Part shown: positions 1-9,062 of the stretch, in pieces | Position numbering within the stretch: position 1 is the first letter of the stretch | How the letters are laid out: each line of letters starts with the position of its first letter | Origin: a candidate division WWE3 bacterium | GTDB lineage: Bacteria; Patescibacteriota; WWE3; UBA101185; UBA10185 | Assembly: GCA_052035175.1 (NCBI GenBank) | Contig: JBPOHV010000001.1 | Coordinates: 853,251-917,250 of the forward strand | DNA length: 64,000 bases | Direction: 5' to 3' | Program-made: the position numbers and the translations under genes | The notes under the pieces: generated by a model | What the model was told of the DNA's origin: nothing | What the model saw: the letters and a program-made list of their open reading frames with translations, nothing else | Databases searched by the model: none

Positions 1-2
1 CT

Positions 3-158
3 GAAATGAGAATTGCTTATAAAATGACTTTGCAAGAAACTTTGAACAAAACTCAAGAAATAGCTGCGTATAAATTTGAACAAGAGGCTATCAACGCAGT
101 ACAAAAAGTCGTAGAAAGTAAAATCAAACTCTTTGGGAGTCAAGGAAAGATTGCTTGA
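3..158 (+). CDS. 3' end of an upstream CDS (partial, product unknown)
   Basis: Open frame from the window start to TGA at 156-158 (…KVVESKIKLFGSQGKIA*). No recognisable motif. Confidence 0.3.
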   Translation, partial: EMRIAYKMTLQETLNKTQEIAAYKFEQEAINAVQKVVESKIKLFGSQGKIA

Positions 159-179
159 TCAAAAATAACCGCTAATAAC

Positions 180-1043
180 CTACGAAAAATTAGCTAATTT
201 CTCTGTACAAACCCCAACTACATATTTTTTTAGGGTTAATGACAACGCATACAAAGCAGTTAGTTCTTCTAGTGTAACTTCGTAATCTTTTTTATAACGC
301 GCGTCTATATATGCGCGTGAGAGTAAATCGAAAAGCTTGATATCATGTGCTGTCTTCCGTGGAAATATAGTTTTTATCTCAGGTAAAAATGACGCAACCA
401 ACTCTTCGATTTTTTCTAAATTGTGCGATTTGGGCTTGTAACCTGTAAATGTAAGTAAAACGGTAAAGTACAAAGACTCTACTGCTTGGCTCAAATGAAA
501 TGCTGCATTGTTATAAGCTTTATCAGAAATATTATGTGAATAATCACGCAAAAAGTCTTCAGCTTTGCTTAACCAGAAATCATACTCTCTTTTTGCTAGA
601 TCTTTGCGTACACCAACAGACATCGCGCTAGGTTGTTCATAAATAAACGTACCAGCGTCGTACAAAACTATTCCGTCTCTAAATACGTCGAGGTAAAAAT
701 AATTTCCTTCTGATAAAAGCCGCTTAACATTTAAGCTTGTTTCAACAATTAAATTGACTGAAATGTTTGAAGGCAAAACTGCACGCAATTGGGCACGTAC
801 ATCAGACCAAAGCCCAGTGTCATTACTCAGTTTGGACGTCGCTACGATTACAAACAAATCGATATCGCTTTCGTACTCATAAGTAATACCATCTTCGACA
901 TATCTATCTGAAACACGCTCACCTCTTGCCCCGCTACCAAACAAAATTAGTTTTTCTATATGTGTAGCTTTGGTAATAATTTCGACTAATTTATTAGTAT
1001 ACGTATGCAAATCACTTGAATGCATAGCAAAATAGTAGCACAA
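180..1043 (-). CDS. Fused nucleotidyltransferase (MNT-like) plus HEPN-like domain protein
   Basis: N-terminal 'LILFGSGARGE…DIDLFVIV' matches the GS-x(n)-DxD nucleotidyltransferase signature. The C-terminal helical region has an R-x4-6-H-like motif (ARYKKDYEVT) typical of HEPN. Confidence 0.5.
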   Translation of the reverse strand: MCYYFAMHSSDLHTYTNKLVEIITKATHIEKLILFGSGARGERVSDRYVEDGITYEYESDIDLFVIVATSKLSNDTGLWSDVRAQLRAVLPSNISVNLIVETSLNVKRLLSEGNYFYLDVFRDGIVLYDAGTFIYEQPSAMSVGVRKDLAKREYDFWLSKAEDFLRDYSHNISDKAYNNAAFHLSQAVESLYFTVLLTFTGYKPKSHNLEKIEELVASFLPEIKTIFPRKTAHDIKLFDLLSRAYIDARYKKDYEVTLEELTALYALSLTLKKYVVGVCTEKLANFS

Positions 1044-1050
1044 TAAATTT

Positions 1051-2046
1051 GTGAAAGTTTTAATTACAAGAGAAATCCCAGACGTAGGTATAAGGTTGTT
1101 TGAAAAGTATCCTCAAATACAAATAGATTACCGCAAAGGAAAACCCTTGTCGGAAAATGAACTGCTAAAAGCTATAAAAGATGTTGATGCAATTATTCCA
1201 GTTATTCCTGATCAAATTAACAAAAAGGTTATAAAGTCTGCTACAAACCTCAAAGTTATAGCTACCTATTCTGTAGGCTATGATCATATTGATATTGGCG
1301 CAGCTACAAATAACAAAATTTATGTAGCAAACACACCAGGAGATTTGACTGAATCAGTAGCCGAGCACACTTTTGCACTTATGCTTGCTGTAGCCAAAAG
1401 AATCGTAGAAGCTGACATTTACTGCAGAAAAGGAAAATATAAATATTGGGAACCACTTTCATTTTTGTCGCCAAAGCTATTTGGTAAAACTGTAGGAATA
1501 ATTGGAGCTGGAAGAATTGGTGAGCAATTTGCACGAATGTGTAAATATGGACTTAATATGAAGATCTTATACCAAGATCCAAAACCTAAATTTGAAATGG
1601 AAAGCTTACTGGATGCAAAAAAGGTTGAATTGGATGAACTTCTAGATCAATCTGACGTTGTATCCTTTCATTGCAATCTATGCGAATCAACAATGCATAT
1701 GATCGGAGTATCAGAACTCAAAAAGATGAAACCAACAGCCTACATTTTAAATACAGCACGAGGCAAAATGATAGATGAAAAAGCTCTAGCAAACGCTCTA
1801 GAAAAAGGCTACATTTCGGGAGCTGGCTTGGATGTATTTGAAAATGAACCAGAAATCTATTCCAAACTACTTACACTTCCAAATGTTGTTTTAACACCAC
1901 ATATAGCAAGTGCAACGCGCGAAGCAAGAATAGAAATGGCTATGATGGCAGCACAAAATGTTTTGGATGTACTTATTTATAAAAAACCACCAACGCATCT
2001 AGTAAACGGGATCTTAGCAGAGAGCGTAACATCGTTAACAAACTAG
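1051..2046 (+). CDS. D-isomer-specific 2-hydroxyacid dehydrogenase family (GhrB/LdhA/SerA-like)
   Basis: Rossmann GxGxxG 'GIIGAGRIGEQ', 'NTARGKMIDEKAL', 'GLDVFENEP' and catalytic-His region 'LTPHIAS', all characteristic of the D-2-hydroxyacid dehydrogenase family. Confidence 0.85.
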   Translation: MKVLITREIPDVGIRLFEKYPQIQIDYRKGKPLSENELLKAIKDVDAIIPVIPDQINKKVIKSATNLKVIATYSVGYDHIDIGAATNNKIYVANTPGDLTESVAEHTFALMLAVAKRIVEADIYCRKGKYKYWEPLSFLSPKLFGKTVGIIGAGRIGEQFARMCKYGLNMKILYQDPKPKFEMESLLDAKKVELDELLDQSDVVSFHCNLCESTMHMIGVSELKKMKPTAYILNTARGKMIDEKALANALEKGYISGAGLDVFENEPEIYSKLLTLPNVVLTPHIASATREARIEMAMMAAQNVLDVLIYKKPPTHLVNGILAESVTSLTN

Positions 2047-2067
2047 CGCTGTGATATTATTTACAAC

Positions 2068-2769
2068 ATGATGGAATTATTAAAAAGAAACTCTCCTGTA
2101 TTCATAATAGGGTTTATAACACTTGCGCTATTTGTAGGAATTATTGTTTTGGCTCAAAAAAATCCTCCTACACAAACTAAGCTAATTCAAATCGACGAAT
2201 CTCAGCTTTTACCAGAACATACCTTTACCAAAGGCAATGAAAATGCGCCACTTACACTTGTAGAATTTTCTAATTACAATTGTCCTCATTGCAAAACTGC
2301 ACAACCGCTTATCGAACAGTTTGTAAGTGAAAATACTGATGTACTCAAGTGGGGGTTCCGCCATTTTCCATTTTCTACAGACCCATCATCATTTTTGGCA
2401 GCTAGAGCAGCGCAAGCAGCCGGCAGACAAAACAAATTTTTTGAATATAGCAAAGTATTGTTCGATAACCAACAAACGTTTACTGAAGCAAACTTAATCA
2501 AATATGCACAAGATCTCGGTCTTGATACTGAAAGGTTTAAAGTTGACATGAATTCTGACGATATTAAAAATGAAGTCAATACCGATTTGCAATATGCATT
2601 GAAATCAAATATATCTGGTACGCCTACTTTCATATTAAACGGTAAAGTTTTAAATAGCTTAGAAGAGTTGAATACTGAAATACAAAAATACAAACCACAA
2701 GTTCCCCAAGAAATCTTAGATAAAGTAACCGGCACAGATCAAGAAAAAACCACTGCACCAACTGAGTAA
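2068..2769 (+). CDS. DsbA-like thiol:disulfide oxidoreductase (thioredoxin fold, N-terminal membrane anchor)
   Basis: N-terminal TM helix, CxxC active site 'YNCPHCK', DsbA-like length and C-terminal 'GTPTFILNG' cis-Pro loop. Confidence 0.75.
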   Translation: MMELLKRNSPVFIIGFITLALFVGIIVLAQKNPPTQTKLIQIDESQLLPEHTFTKGNENAPLTLVEFSNYNCPHCKTAQPLIEQFVSENTDVLKWGFRHFPFSTDPSSFLAARAAQAAGRQNKFFEYSKVLFDNQQTFTEANLIKYAQDLGLDTERFKVDMNSDDIKNEVNTDLQYALKSNISGTPTFILNGKVLNSLEELNTEIQKYKPQVPQEILDKVTGTDQEKTTAPTE

Positions 2770-2806
2770 ACCTCACGCCTAAATATTAAGCTTAAAGAAC
2801 TAAAAA

Positions 2807-2853
2807 GACCCTAGACAGGGGAAGTGCGTTCCTCCCATCTAGGGTCTTTTTTT
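2807..2853. terminator. Bidirectional rho-independent terminator between convergent genes
   Basis: Hairpin CCCTAGA…TCTAGGG (GC-rich) followed by a T7 run on the plus strand and preceded by an A-run, so it also works for the minus strand. Confidence 0.5.
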
Positions 2854-3034
2854 ACGGTACGAGCTCCGCCGGCGACGGCGGAGTCTCTCTCGGATCATAG
2901 TTGAGATTGATCCGAAACTCAGGTGTTGGTGTGGGGGGTTTGTCCCCCGTTGGGCCGCCGCAGGCGGCCGTGAACAGAAAGACCGCCACTAGGGCGGTCC
3001 TGATGAAAATGCTTTTCATCTTCATCCTCCTCAA
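2852..3034 (-). CDS. Small proline-rich putative lipoprotein in a GC-rich patch
   Basis: Signal peptide with a lipobox-like 'LFTAAC' followed by a Pro/Thr-rich tail. The local GC is far above the surrounding sequence. Confidence 0.35.
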   Translation of the reverse strand: MRRMKMKSIFIRTALVAVFLFTAACGGPTGDKPPTPTPEFRINLNYDPRETPPSPAELVP

Positions 3035-3124
3035 AAAAAGTTTTTTTCCAGTCTTAGTAAAAGTCGACTGGGCCGAAGTGATAGAAAATATATTACTATA
3101 GGATGGGGTTTTTGTCGAATGTTC

Positions 3125-4081
3125 CTAGGCTACACCAGATCGTGCCATCTTCCTCGACTCTAGGTTTTTATCGGCCCACTTTTTAATCGCAAAATAACAA
3201 TCAGAACTTTCACTAGACTTAGCTACATACCTCAAGTGATCAAACTCACCTCGTGATAAATCTTTTAATTCTGTAAAAGTAAAAATCAGCGACAAATACG
3301 TAAGTAGACGTGAATCCAAATGACTAACTTCTAAATCTTTGCGCTCACGCAGGTAATCTCTCATCTTAGCAGGCTCTAAACTAGGACTTAGCTTTATATC
3401 AGTTGCCTTATCAGCAATAATCGCTTCCCATTTATACTTCAGATAGTGGTCTACGGAAGTATCTGGCCAGTTTGTATGCCTCGTAGTAACAACAGCTATA
3501 TCTGGATTTTTGAGCGCTGTTATAAGGGCGTTTTGATAATAATAAGCTGTGTATGTTTGCGATAGTGTACCTACGCCGCTATGTAAAGCAATCGCACCCT
3601 TTTCTGCTAAACCTCGCAAAGTGAGAAAATCAAGTTTGGAACCACCAATAGGCCTTGCATACAAATAATCACCAGAATCCATCAATACTGGTAGTCTAGG
3701 TAGTTTGGAGGCTCTAGGGTGTTTATAATTCTTGTATAAGTCGATCAATTCTTGTGCTTTTTCATGTCCTTGGTTCACCCATAAATCAGATGCCAGAGTC
3801 TTAGCGCTAAAAATCCCAAATGGGATATCTCTACTATCTAGTACATGTGCTAACTCTCTTATAGTTGTGCTTTTACCTGCACCACCTTCTCCAGAAAATA
3901 TTATTGCCGGTACATCTGTTTTTAATAAAGTATACGCATGCCCTACTTCTGCTTCACGAAATAATGAATCTTCTAGTGTAGATTTTTCAGGACGCTCCCA
4001 AGGCGGTGGCGTAGTTGAGAGCCTTCGTGCGTCATTTCTATTAATTGCAGGAAATTGTCCAATCGTAGCAGGTAAACCCAT
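3125..4081 (-). CDS. P-loop NTPase/kinase-like protein of unknown function
   Basis: Walker A 'GEGGAGKST'. No other recognisable domain. Confidence 0.45.
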   Translation of the reverse strand: MGLPATIGQFPAINRNDARRLSTTPPPWERPEKSTLEDSLFREAEVGHAYTLLKTDVPAIIFSGEGGAGKSTTIRELAHVLDSRDIPFGIFSAKTLASDLWVNQGHEKAQELIDLYKNYKHPRASKLPRLPVLMDSGDYLYARPIGGSKLDFLTLRGLAEKGAIALHSGVGTLSQTYTAYYYQNALITALKNPDIAVVTTRHTNWPDTSVDHYLKYKWEAIIADKATDIKLSPSLEPAKMRDYLRERKDLEVSHLDSRLLTYLSLIFTFTELKDLSRGEFDHLRYVAKSSESSDCYFAIKKWADKNLESRKMARSGVA

Positions 4082-4084
4082 GAA

Positions 4085-4720
4085 TTAAACCTTAAACGCG
4101 CTTGGGCAGATGTCTTTGAGTACACACCCTGCGCAATTTGGCTTTATGGCTTTGCACACATACCGTCCGTGCAGCACCATAGCGCTAGAAATATTTCTCC
4201 AATATTCTTTGGGTATCAATTGCATCAATTCTTTTTCTATTTTGACAGCGTTTTGTTCAGTTGTAAGGCCCAATCTATTTGAAACTCTTGTAACATGCGT
4301 ATCTACAACAATACCTTCTGCGATATCCCAAAGCTCTTGTAAAATCACATTGGCACTTTTTCTGGCAGCACCTGGAATTTTGATTAACTCAGACAAAACG
4401 CGAGGCAATTTACCACCAAACTCTTGTGTAACAAATTGGCCTGCTTTTATTAAGCGCTCAGCTTTACCCATATGAAAATTTACTCCTCGTATATCGTTTT
4501 GTAATTGCAATAAATCTGCGTTTGCAAAATCATCCCATGATTTGTACTTCTTAAAGAGGTTTTCGGTGATTTGATTAACCTTTTTATCCGTAGTCTGTGC
4601 AGATAGCATAACTGCAACAGCTAGCTCCATTTCATTTGTGTGGTTTAATTCTGTTTTAGGGTTTGGATGCTCTTTTTTTAATCTTTTTGCTACTTCTAGT
4701 GCTAAATCTTGTTTATTCAT
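4085..4720 (-). CDS. nth: Endonuclease III (HhH-GPD DNA glycosylase with 4Fe-4S cluster)
   Basis: HhH-GPD region and C-terminal C-x6-C-x2-C-x5-C cluster 'CKAIKPNCAGCVLKDIC'. Length about 211 aa. Confidence 0.85.
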   Translation of the reverse strand: MNKQDLALEVAKRLKKEHPNPKTELNHTNEMELAVAVMLSAQTTDKKVNQITENLFKKYKSWDDFANADLLQLQNDIRGVNFHMGKAERLIKAGQFVTQEFGGKLPRVLSELIKIPGAARKSANVILQELWDIAEGIVVDTHVTRVSNRLGLTTEQNAVKIEKELMQLIPKEYWRNISSAMVLHGRYVCKAIKPNCAGCVLKDICPSAFKV

Positions 4721-4756
4721 AAAATAATAGTAGCACTAAAAATAATTAAAATGCAT

Positions 4757-5665
4757 TTAAAACAGTGATAATTGATTTGTATCTACAGCCTTTTGCGTAT
4801 CTATTGGTGCTAAGCCTAATCTTTTTAACAAAGACTTGAATCTATATCTCGACAAAATCTTAACGACTTCATCAGCAACAAAATTTCGGTATTTCAACTC
4901 GGCAATAGATATCTGCATTGGAACATCTGTAATAATTGTTGCTAGCTGTTTACTCATAACAGCATCCTCAGCACAATTTGCTAATTTATTCCTTAAAGAG
5001 TCAGGTTGAACTTGAGCGATTTTTGAATAAATTTCTTCTATTGAACCGTATTCATTTATTAGTTTTTGCGCAGATTTCTCACCTACACCATAGACTCCTG
5101 GGATATTATCACTAGGATCACCACGTAAACCTTTATAATCTGGGATTTGGTTTGGAAATACTCCCAATATTTCTTTTACATCGTCGTATTTAATGAATTT
5201 ATTGCTTCCCTTACCGTCTGGAATCAGAACACTCACAGATTTATCAAGCAGTTGCCACATATCACGGTCATTTGAGATAATAATTACTTCAAACTCACCT
5301 TTAAACCTATTAGCCAAGGTTCCTATGATATCGTCTGCTTCATACCCAGTTACTTTCAACTGCTTTATATCAAACGCATCTAATACTTCAAATACTTTTG
5401 GTATTTGTACAGATAAGTCTGTTTCCATAGGTTTACGATGCGCTTTGTAAGCGTTAAAACTTTCTGCTCTAAACGTTACTTCTTCACCATCTATAGCAGC
5501 GGCTAAATAAGCAGGTTTATAAGTCTCTAGAATATTTACAATCATTGAAGTAACGCCATAGACTGCATTTGTCGGATTACCTTCTACATCTGTAAAAGTC
5601 TTGGGCAATGCGTGATATGCCCGATGTAAAAGATTGAAGGTGTCAATTATGAAAAGTTTTTGCAT
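4757..5665 (-). CDS. 5'-3' exonuclease / flap endonuclease (stand-alone Pol I N-terminal domain homolog)
   Basis: 'IIDTFNLLHRAYHAL' N-terminus, acidic metal-binding clusters and an H3TH region. About 300 aa, with no polymerase domain. Confidence 0.8.
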   Translation of the reverse strand: MQKLFIIDTFNLLHRAYHALPKTFTDVEGNPTNAVYGVTSMIVNILETYKPAYLAAAIDGEEVTFRAESFNAYKAHRKPMETDLSVQIPKVFEVLDAFDIKQLKVTGYEADDIIGTLANRFKGEFEVIIISNDRDMWQLLDKSVSVLIPDGKGSNKFIKYDDVKEILGVFPNQIPDYKGLRGDPSDNIPGVYGVGEKSAQKLINEYGSIEEIYSKIAQVQPDSLRNKLANCAEDAVMSKQLATIITDVPMQISIAELKYRNFVADEVVKILSRYRFKSLLKRLGLAPIDTQKAVDTNQLSLF

Positions 5666-7509
5666 ATCTCTTTGTACTCATCTGCAAGTATAGTTTCTTT
5701 TTCCATCAAACGCTTGACCAAAGCATCCATAAGCTGTCTTTTTTCAGTTAATATATTAACAGCCGTTATATAAGCATTATCGATTATCTTTTTTACCTCG
5801 CTATCTATCTTGGCCGCTATCTCCTGACTGTATGGCAATGAATGATGCCCTAATTCGCGTGCCAACATAGTAGCAGCCTCATCACCACTATAGTTTACTG
5901 GTCCCAGTGAACTCATACCCAATTCTGTGACCATTCTTTTTGAAAGCTCTGTAGCATGCTTTATGTCAGATGAAGCACCCGCGCTAAATTCTTTGTAAAC
6001 AACCTCTTCGGCTGCACGGCCACCTAAAGCAGAAGCTATCATAGACTTTATTCTTGTTTCACTTACGTTATATATGTCTCTATCAGGTGGATAACTTGTG
6101 TGTCCAAGCGACGCGCCACGAGCAACAATAGAGACGCGATCAACACTATCCATATCTGGCACAAATGTAGCGACCAGCGCGTGGCCAGCTTCGTGATACG
6201 CCGTCATTTCTTTCTCTTTTACAGTTTGAATAATATTTCTTTCTGAACCTAGTGTAACTTTGAGAATTGCTTCGTCTATATCAGACATATTTATTTCTGA
6301 ACGCTCAGCTCTGGCAGCCAAGATAGCAGATTCATTTATCATATTTTCTATATCAGCACCACTAAACTGAACCGTTTTTTTGGCTAAAGAGACAATATCG
6401 AAATCTTTAACAAAAGGCTTTCCTCTCATATGTATTTTTGCTATTTCTTCTCGTTCTTTGACATCTGGTAGAGGTATACTTATACGTCTATCAAATCTGC
6501 CAGGTCTTACCAAAGCAGGATCCAACATATCTGGCCTATTAGTAGCAGCTATAACTATTACTGTAGTTCTTGGATCAAATCCATCCATTTCTATAAGAAT
6601 TTGATTCAGCGTTTGTTCGCGCTCATCATGTCCACCACCAATACCCATACCTCTTTGACGACCGATGGCATCTATTTCATCTATAAATATAAGGCTTGGT
6701 TGGGTTTCACGCGCCTGTCTAAATAAATCTCTAGCTCGAGCAGATCCTACACCTACCAACATTTCCATAAATTCGCTGCCTGCAACAGAAAAGAACGGTA
6801 CATTGGCTTCTCCAGCTATAGCTTTGGCCAAAAGTGTTTTACCTACACCAGACTGACCTACTAGCAAAACACCTTTGGGAATACGCGCCCCCAACTTTTG
6901 ATACTTCTTAGGATTTTTTAAAAAGTCTACTATCTCCATCATTTCAGTTTTAGCCTCAGCAGCTCCAGCTATATCAGAAAAAGTAACTTTTGAGGTACCT
7001 TTGTGTACGATCTTGGCTTTTGATCTACCAAATGCCATTATATCGCCACTTGCACCCTTCATTTGTCTAAGTAAAATAAATAAAATCAATATAGGAAAAC
7101 CGAAAGTCAAAACTGGGGTTAATATATCGAGTAAACCTAATTTGTCTTCCACTTGAACGCTACCTGCAATCAGCGAACGATCTACAGAATTATTGGTCAA
7201 AATTTCATCAAAACTCACACTAGATTCTTTCTTTGTAGAAAATTTTGAACCGTTTTGTAAAGTTATAGCTAACGTATCGCCATTAACAACAATGTCTTGT
7301 ACTTGTTTTTCTTTTATCAACTGAATGGTCTCGCTCAACGGCTTGGTCTCGGTAGTATCAAGTTGAGACGCACTACCAAATATTACCCAAAATAAAAATA
7401 TAAGCATTGCATAAAAAAACACGTTATTCCAAATACTTCTTGGCGTATTTATTTGTGGGGTATGTTTCTTTTTTTGTTTTGTTTGCGACATAATCGATAA
7501 ATTATACAC
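5647..7509 (-). CDS. ftsH: ATP-dependent zinc metalloprotease FtsH
   Basis: Two N-terminal TM helices, AAA Walker A 'GQSGVGKT', SRH region and zinc motif 'HEAGHA'. Confidence 0.95.
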   Translation of the reverse strand: MYNLSIMSQTKQKKKHTPQINTPRSIWNNVFFYAMLIFLFWVIFGSASQLDTTETKPLSETIQLIKEKQVQDIVVNGDTLAITLQNGSKFSTKKESSVSFDEILTNNSVDRSLIAGSVQVEDKLGLLDILTPVLTFGFPILILFILLRQMKGASGDIMAFGRSKAKIVHKGTSKVTFSDIAGAAEAKTEMMEIVDFLKNPKKYQKLGARIPKGVLLVGQSGVGKTLLAKAIAGEANVPFFSVAGSEFMEMLVGVGSARARDLFRQARETQPSLIFIDEIDAIGRQRGMGIGGGHDEREQTLNQILIEMDGFDPRTTVIVIAATNRPDMLDPALVRPGRFDRRISIPLPDVKEREEIAKIHMRGKPFVKDFDIVSLAKKTVQFSGADIENMINESAILAARAERSEINMSDIDEAILKVTLGSERNIIQTVKEKEMTAYHEAGHALVATFVPDMDSVDRVSIVARGASLGHTSYPPDRDIYNVSETRIKSMIASALGGRAAEEVVYKEFSAGASSDIKHATELSKRMVTELGMSSLGPVNYSGDEAATMLARELGHHSLPYSQEIAAKIDSEVKKIIDNAYITAVNILTEKRQLMDALVKRLMEKETILADEYKEICKNFS

Positions 7510-7533
7510 TAGGTACAGTTTGTAATTGGAGAA

Positions 7534-8532
7534 CTATTGAAATCCCATCTTCTCTTTCACTTCCATAAGTGTTTCTGCAGCTACGGCCTTGGCGCGTTTG
7601 CTACCCTCATTGATCACTTCCAAGACATACGCATCACTAATTGACGCGTATCTTTCTTGAACTGGCTGTAATTCAGTATAAATAGATTCTGCAAGTTCTT
7701 GCTTCAAAGATTGATACTTGAGCCCTGCAGTCAAATACACATGCTCATATTCATGACGTTTTTCTTTACCTTGAAAAAGTTCTACAAAATAAAGTAAGTT
7801 TGGTACAGCGCCTTCTGTAGGTAATACTGTGCCAATGCCTGCATCAGTCGCAACTTTTGCCAATTTTTCTTTTATAGTATTCAAATCGTCAGTCAAAGAA
7901 ATGTAACTACCTTCCACTGACTTAGACATCTTACCTTCACCCAAAAGACTTGGAACATACTCACCACTGGTTGCAAAACGCTGTGGTTCGAGAAAAGTTG
8001 TACCATATTCATTATTCATTTTTTTCGCTATTTCTCGTGCAACTTCTAAATGCGGTTCTTGATCTATACCTACTGGCACAAGTCCAGCTTTGTATACCAA
8101 AATGTCAGCAGCCATCAAAATAGGATATTCTAATAGTGCCATAGTTGAATGTTCGGGGTATTGTTTTACTTTTTCTTTGAAAGTAGGTAAGTGTTGCAAT
8201 CTAGCTATAGTTATAACGGATGAAAGATAAACTGAAAGTTCTAAATGCTGTGGAACCATAGACTGGAAAAATATAGCTGATTTTTGTGGATCCAACCCAG
8301 CAGCCAAATAATCTTTGACTACAGCTTTTCTTTTTGTTCTAAGTTCTTCTTTATCGTAAGGGGTAGTAATGGCATGCACATCTGCAACCATATAAAAAGT
8401 TTCATAAGTGGGGTCATTCTGGAGTTCTATCATGCCTTTTGCTCCACCCATATAGTTGCCTAGGTGTAGTCGGCCAGTTGGGCGCATTCCAGAAAGTACA
8501 CGTTTCTTTTCAAGCTGATTCGTTGTAGTCAT
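7534..8532 (-). CDS. trpS: Tryptophanyl-tRNA synthetase
   Basis: Class I HIGH-like 'GRLHLGNYMG', 'KMSKS' motif and length typical of TrpRS. Confidence 0.9.
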   Translation of the reverse strand: MTTTNQLEKKRVLSGMRPTGRLHLGNYMGGAKGMIELQNDPTYETFYMVADVHAITTPYDKEELRTKRKAVVKDYLAAGLDPQKSAIFFQSMVPQHLELSVYLSSVITIARLQHLPTFKEKVKQYPEHSTMALLEYPILMAADILVYKAGLVPVGIDQEPHLEVAREIAKKMNNEYGTTFLEPQRFATSGEYVPSLLGEGKMSKSVEGSYISLTDDLNTIKEKLAKVATDAGIGTVLPTEGAVPNLLYFVELFQGKEKRHEYEHVYLTAGLKYQSLKQELAESIYTELQPVQERYASISDAYVLEVINEGSKRAKAVAAETLMEVKEKMGFQ

Positions 8533-8634
8533 ATGGCTAATTTAGCACGTATCGTGCTGGCTTTCCAGCTAAGTAATTGTAGGCAAATCGTAGCTGCACC
8601 CCAAAATCTAAATTCATTTCGTTCATTAAAATTT

Positions 8635-8711
8635 TGGTGCCAATGGGTGGACTCGAACCGCCGACCTAGCGCGTATGAAACGCCCGCTCTAACCACCTGA
8701 GCTACATTGGC
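8635..8711 (-). tRNA. tRNA with CAU anticodon (probably elongator tRNA-Met; tRNA-Ile2(LAU) not excluded)
   Basis: Cloverleaf folded by hand. Acceptor GCCAATG/CATTGGC, D-arm GCTC-AGGTGGTTA-GAGC, anticodon loop UUCAUAC and 3' ACCA. One C-A mismatch in the T-stem. Confidence 0.7.
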
Positions 8712-8720
8712 ACAGTGCAA

Positions 8721-8938
8721 TAAGGGACAGTCCTAAATAGTCCCTGCAACTTCCCTAGAATAAAGCAAAAACCGATTAAAATCAACATAAAACAAGGACT
8801 GTCCTCGGTAAAAAGCCGATATACACTACTAAAATACAGCTTAACTAGTGTCCCAAGGACTTGAGTCGGAAATTAAATGAATTTAAATGTTGTTGCTAAA
8901 GGATTAAGTTGCAAATTGGGACTATTTAGGACTGTCCC
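8721..8938. repeat. Pair of perfect inverted repeats flanking the inter-tRNA spacer
   Basis: 8721-8742 'agggacagtcctaaatagtccc' is the exact reverse complement of 8917-8938. The match extends through tgcaact/agttgca with a 4-nt bulge to about 34 bp. Confidence 0.6.
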
Positions 8939-8945
8939 TGTTTTT

Positions 8946-9019
8946 TGGTGGCGGGGTCGGGATTCGAACCCGAACCTTCAGATTATGAGCCTGACGAGGT
9001 GCCGTTCCTCTACCCCGCG
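8946..9019 (-). tRNA. Initiator tRNA-fMet (CAU)
   Basis: 5' CGCGGGG with an unpaired 1:72 pair (C x C), anticodon loop CUCAUAA, variable AAGGU and T-loop TTCGAAT. Close resemblance to canonical bacterial tRNA-fMet except for the anticodon stem. Confidence 0.75.
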
Positions 9020-9062
9020 ATAAGGTAATACCTGCTGACTGTACCAAAGAAGCCCGTGGCTG

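Noticed and set aside
2286-2735. 149-aa antisense ORF inside the dsbA-like gene. Similar antisense ORFs occur at 3732..4088, 4110..4475, 5193..5450, 6380..6856, 12007..12458, 14757..14990, 15911..16201, 17042..17344, 23237..23537, 24611..24946, 31675..32142 and 42301..42532
   Set aside because: These ORFs are embedded antisense in well-supported genes and have no motifs. They look like chance open frames.
8529-8720. 63-aa ORF on the minus strand
   Set aside because: It lies entirely across tRNA-Met (8635..8711) and its flanks, so it is a spurious translation of a tRNA gene.
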